A DNA stretch of 64,000 bases from the human T2T-CHM13v2.0 reference genome, Homo sapiens: the NCBI RefSeq assembly GCF_009914755.1, contig NC_060932.1; one strand, given 5' to 3'. A model generated the notes under the pieces. That model was given only the letters and a program-made list of their open reading frames with translations. It was not told the origin of the DNA and ran no database searches. The position numbers and the translations under genes were made by a program. How positions within the stretch are numbered: the first letter of the stretch is position 1; each line of letters starts with the position of its first letter. Of the stretch, positions 58,581 to 64,000 are shown in pieces.

Positions 58581-60750
58581 GTATGGCTTAGAATATTGGT
58601 AAGCATACCATGTGCACATAAAACAAATTTGCATTCTGTTATTGTTGGGTGTCGTTTTCAACTAAGTAAAGGTAGATAATATTTTTGTCTTATTTTTTCT
58701 AATAGTTTTATTATGTACTCAGGAAGTATTAAAAATCCATTATTAGAATTGTGATTGACTGTTTCTCTTTTTAGTCCTGTCAATTTCGGCATTATGTATT
58801 TTTATTTGTTTCATGTATGTTTTATTGTTATATCTTCCTCTTGAATTTACCCTTTTATTATTATGAAGCTTACCTTTTTATTTCCATTTTTGCAAGTTAT
58901 TTTTAAGTTTGTTTGACCTAATATTAATATAGTCGGTTCAGCTTTTTTACATTTTATCATCCATTAACTTTTAACGTATCTGCATTTTTATTTAAACGTG
59001 TATCCTGTAGAGAACATATAGTGGTGTCTCGTTTCTTTATCCATCTGGACAATCTCTGTTTTTTAATCGAATGTTAAGTTCATTAATATTTAATATTATT
59101 ATCAGTATGATTTGGTTTGAGTCTAGCTTTAAAAAAATTTGTTTTGTCCTTGCTTGTTTTTGCTGTTATTACTTTGTACCCCCTTTCCTTCCTCTTTTTG
59201 GATAATTTGAATATTTGTATAAATACCATCTTAATTTTCCTAATGGCATACCTATTATTTTTTGCATTATTTTTATAGTGGTTCCCTAGGGAATATAATA
59301 TATATTCAGAACTTTCAATGAGCCAACTTATAGTTAATAATGCACTATTTATTGTGAAATACAGAAATCTTACAATCTTACAAACCCATGCTTTCTCCTA
59401 TCCTTTATAGTCTAGTTGTTATTTATGTTAGACAAACTTAGAAATTTGTTTTAAAGAGAAGCAAAATGTATAAGAAAATTAACAGGAAGCATGCAAAAAT
59501 ATAGTATTTTGCATTTATCTACAGGTTTATCATGTTTGGTGCTCTTCACTCTTTTCTGAGGATCTAAGTTTCCATCTGGTATCATTTTCCTTCAGCTTGG
59601 AGAGTTTCCTTTAGCATTTCTTATAATACACATTTGCTGGAGGTAAATTCTTAGTTTCCTTTTATATGAAAGCATCTTATTTCACTTTCATTCTTGATGA
59701 TATTTTCACTGGATATAGAATTCTGGGTTGCCAGTTTTTAACTTTTTTCTTCTGCACTTTAAAAGTATTGATCCACTGTCTTCTAGCCCAGTGATTTTTG
59801 CTAAGTCAGCCACTAATTGGATCATTGGTCCCTTGCTTGTAACATGCCAAGATTTACTCCTTTGTCTTTCAACAATCTGATTATATGGTGTTCTTTAACA
59901 TGGACTTCTTTGTATTTGTTCTGCTTAGTATTTGTTTAGCATCTTATGTCTATACATTTCTGTCTTTCATAAATTCAGGAAATCTTCAGACCTTCCTCAG
60001 CTGGGCTTCTTTGCATCTCTTCCACACATTCATGCTTCAGGAGTTAGTCAGAGATTTGGCAGAAAGAGATTGAGGATCCCTGTCTGGCTCTTTCCCCCAC
60101 AGGATTCTTCCACTCTCTTCAGCCTCCACAATTTTATACCTTCTCTTTTCTGGTTGACAGGACAGAAAGAATATAGTTTTTTTCCACATGAGCTCCTGTC
60201 TGTGTTGTGTGCCTTGTGTATACTAAACTTAGTCTTGGGGTAAAAGCCTGAGGAATGGAAATTTACTCATATATCTCTCCCCCACTTCAATCAAGTATTT
60301 CGTCCCCATCATAGCCTCTTTGCTTCTGTTCATTCTTCAATAACTTCAAGAAAGCAGTTTAAGTTTTAGTTCACACCTTTTTTTTCAACTGGGGTGTTTA
60401 GAGTCTGTTTCATACATGTAACATTACTCACTTTTAAATAGAAGTTTCACATGGGTGCATCTGATTTGAGGAAATTTGTCTAATGCTTGAGTCTTAGCTT
60501 CAAAGGAGACTAGAAAAGAAAATTTCAGGTTTCCATTTTACAGAGATAGAGCTAAAGATAGGACATTTCCAAAACATAAGAGCATGAAAACTATTGTTCA
60601 TTTTCACAATTTTAATAACATTTGAACAACAGTTTACTTATTGGTTGCCCAGTATTACGAACCAGATTTAAATTTCCAAACAACAACCAAAAACTATGAA
60701 ATGGTTACTTCATTTAGTACAATTATATTTTATGCAAATGAAAACATATG

Positions 60751-61063
60751 GGCCGGGCAAGGTGGCTCATGCCTGTAATCCCAGCACTTTGGGAGGCTGA
60801 GGTGGGTGGATCATGAGGTCAGGAGTTCGAGACCAGCCAGGCCAGCAGGGTGAAACCCTGTCTCTACTAAAAGTACAAAAATTAACCGGGCATGGTGGTG
60901 GGCACCTATAATCCCAGCTACTCGGGAGGTTGAGGCAGGGAACTGCTTGAACCCAGGAGACGGAGGTTGCAGTGAGCTGAGATCACACCATTGCACTCCA
61001 GCCCAGGCAATAGAGTGATACTCCATCAAAAATAAATAAATAAATAAATAAATAAACGAAAAA
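60751..61063 (+). mobile_element. Alu (AluS-type) with (TAAA)n tail
   Basis: TSD gaaaacatatg (60740-60750 / 61064-61074). Confidence 0.96.
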
Positions 61064-61174
61064 GAAAACATATGTCATCTCTCCCTAAAAGAGAAACCCA
61101 AATCTCTTTAGGTTAAAACTTTTCAAGACTGTAGTGACAATTACTTCCTTCCTCTGCTGCCCATTCCACATGCG

Positions 61175-61822
61175 CAGTCATGGGCTGCATAACAACATTC
61201 TGGTCAACCACAGACTGCATATATGATGTGGTTTCATAAGATTATAATGGAGCCAAAAATGTTCTAGCATCCAGTGACATCGTAGCCATCTTGACATCAT
61301 CACCATCATAACGTCATAGCACAATACATTATTCCCATGTTTGTGGTGATGCTGTTGTAAACTAACTTACTTTTAAAGTCATATAAAAATATAGCACATA
61401 CAATTACGTATAGTACCTAATGCACGAGGTTGATCATAAACCACTATCTTACTGGTTTGTGTGTTGAGTATACTTTTTATTGTTATTTTAGCGTGTACTT
61501 CTTTTGCTTATTAAAAAAATACTGTAAAACAGCCTCAGGCAGGTCCTTCAGGAAATATCCCAGAAGAAGGCATTGTCGTCGACAGCTGCATGCCTGTTAT
61601 TGCCCCTGAAGGCCGTCCAGTGGGGCAAAATGTGGAGGTGGAAGACAGTGATATTGATGATCCTGACCCTGTATAGGCCTAGGCTATATGTGTGTTTGTG
61701 TCTTCATTTTTAACAAAAATATAAAAAGTAAAAAAAAAAGAAAAGTAAAAAATATAAAAAAGCTTAGAGAATAACGATATAAAGAAAGCAAATATTTTTG
61801 TACAGCTGCACAATGTGTTTAC
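61175..61822 (+). mobile_element. Tigger3b/Golem DNA transposon, truncated
   Basis: cagtcatgggctgcataacaac...ataagattataatggagc; cagcctcaggcaggtccttcagg. Confidence 0.85.
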
Positions 61823-61824
61823 GG

Positions 61825-62151
61825 TTTTGTGTGTTTTTTTGTTTTTTGTTTTGTTTTTTGTTTTTTTGAGACACAGTCTTGCTCAGTTGCCCAGGCTGGA
61901 GTGCAGTGGTGTGGTCTTGGCTCACTGCAACTCCGCCTCCCGGGTTCACGCCATTCTCCTGCCTCAGCCTCCTGAGTAGCTGGGACTACAGGTGCCCGCC
62001 ACCATGCCTGGCTAATTTTTTTGTGTGTTTTTAGTAGAGATGGGGGTTTCACCATGTTAGCAAGAATGGTCTCGATCTCCTGACCTGGTGATCCACCCGC
62101 CTAGGCCTCCCAAAGTGCTGGGATTACAGGCGTAAGCCACCGCACCCAGCC
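61825..62151 (-). mobile_element. Alu (AluY/AluSc-type)
   Basis: gggttcacgccattctcctgcc, atggtctcgatctcctgacc. Confidence 0.95.
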
Positions 62152-62689
62152 AAGCAGTCTTAAATGACCAGTTTAACCTCTCATTGAATGGAAATACAGT
62201 GTGGCCCCTAAAGAAGCATTCTTCTCTTGGAGACAAAGACTCTTAGGGGAGGAGGAGAAAATATTTTGCAAGTGATCTAGTGGTATAATAACAAGGGATG
62301 CCATTTTATCTTTCATCACTGGTTTATAGATCCAAGTATTTTGGCTGTCAGAAAAAGAATATCTACAGGTTTCTTGTTCAAAATATATACTGTGTTCTAT
62401 AGAAAACCATGTCTCAGCAGTACAATGTATTACCTGTATTACACAAGTCAAGTATTATATGAGACCATTCAACTCTACTCTAGAGTAAGCTGATTTTGGT
62501 AAATGGAAAGACCAGGAAATCTCATGAATGTAAGGCTATTGTGTTACTTACTTGCTATAAAATATCTCCCTTTTTCAAAGCAGTGTTGTGTAAAATGCCA
62601 TGATGGTGATCAACGTATTCAGCAAATCCTTATGTTATTAGTGGCAGAAGCATTATGTACAGTGAAGGCAAATATGCATCCATGATATG

Positions 62690-64000
62690 TGTCTATTCCA
62701 ATAAGGGCAAATCACAGTCCCCTCCATCATAGAAGGGGTATAATATACCTAACCTGCCACCAGGTGGAGGGTTACTCTCCCAAATGTATGATGTGCCAAT
62801 CAGGATTGGCTACTGGTGCTGACAAGTTGGGCCCTCAGCAATGGTGTTCAGGACAGCCTTGGAAAAGGGGGAACACATTGTTACACATGTCGTTTATAAT
62901 GTGCCCTTAACCACTGGACACACTGCAAGATGTCACTGCATGGAAGAGAAAACCAAATTTTGCACATTCTCACTTATAAGTGGGAGTTAAACACTGCGTA
63001 CTCATGGACGTAAAGATGAGAACAATATACAATGGAGACTACTAGAGCGGGGAGAGAGGGAGAGGAGAATGGGTTTTAAAACTACCTGTTGGGTACTGTG
63101 CTCACTACCTGGGTGATGAGATCATTTGTATCCTAAACCTCAGCATCACGTGATATACATGTAACAAACCTGCCCATGTACCCCCGTATCTAAAATAAAA
63201 GTGAAAATTATTTTTAAAAAAGACTTCACCAGTGCGAGACTCCATCTCAAAAAACAAACAACAAACAAACAAACAAAAGACTCCACTGCACTGCAAAGCC
63301 ACAGTACTGCGTTTTTCATCCTCAGCTATACATGTCTTAAAGAGGCATGCTAGTACCTGCTACTTTCTGCTCTCCAGGTTCTGTCTTCATGACATCCCTG
63401 TTACAGAAGGCCAGGGTGATGTTCTGGCATGATGGTGAGATGATCAAGGCTCCTAGAATCTCTATTGTGATACAGAACTGAAAATTGCCATAACAGACAT
63501 CAAAGAGTAACAGTGGATTCCTGATTTTTTTTTTCGTGTGAGAGCAACTTTTTTCTGGGTTCTCTGCATATTGGTATTGAAAAAACAAAGACAAAAATTA
63601 TAAAGCTTATGAGTAGCTGCACACAGTTGCTAGGAGCTACAGTTGCTGTTGTCACTTGATTTACCTTGCCATAATCTGTCATCTTCCAAGATGCTTCCAT
63701 ATTCTTCACAGATCAGTTGGTGAGTTGAGATGAAAATGTGACAAAAAGCACCATCCTTGCAACTTTCAAGTCTTTGATGGTAACAATGACCTTGACAATT
63801 TCACCCATTTGCAAAGAAACTTTAGATTTACTATTCTGGAGGAAAATAACAGTTCCACGGGTTCTTATTTGGATATTTCTAACATAATAGGCCTTCCTCC
63901 GTGGATCAGGGAGCCAGGCATTTCTTTCTAGCCATGCACACAGTTAACTGGGAAGGATAGCCTTGGAGTTCTACTCTCCTCATAAGGTAGACTCCAGGAA
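62690..64000 (-). pseudogene. ERVL internal region, decayed pol (RT and integrase fragments)
   Basis: Minus-strand TIKDLK...SWKMTDYGKVNQV resembles ERVL RT (TIKDLKDAG...SWRMTVDY.KLNQV); ~62720-62850 gives PTCQ...PSTWWQV.YI, resembling integrase CPTCQ...ATWWQVDYIGP. Confidence 0.8.
62948..63217 (+). mobile_element. L1PB/MA 3' end inserted in the ERVL remnant
   Basis: ttctcacttataagtgggagttaaac...catgtaacaaacctgcccatgtacccc...tctaaaataaaag. Confidence 0.9.

Overview
Primate (human-like) nuclear DNA: AT-rich, CpG-depleted, no CpG island, and mostly interspersed repeats. It contains LINE-1s of several ages (including a near full-length L1PB-type copy at ~2468-8117, minus strand), about 15 Alu copies or fragments, MaLR/ERV1/ERVL LTRs, an ERVL pol remnant, MIR/L2 relics and DNA-transposon fossils (Tigger, MER1, MER5, and a Charlie/hAT transposase). 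I can recognise no intact protein-coding gene, RNA gene or CRISPR array; nearly all ORFs in the supplied track are repeat-derived or chance. It reads as intronic or intergenic sequence, and I found no convincing novel biological system. The best leads are a hAT transposase fossil whose N- and C-terminal halves lie on opposite strands, a ~290-bp local duplication carrying telomere-like hexamers, two phase-compatible candidate exons in non-repeat sequence, and several rearrangement scars inside repeats. Subfamily names come from recalled consensus sequences and boundaries are approximate unless a target-site duplication (TSD) is quoted; Dfam/RepeatMasker should be run to confirm them.
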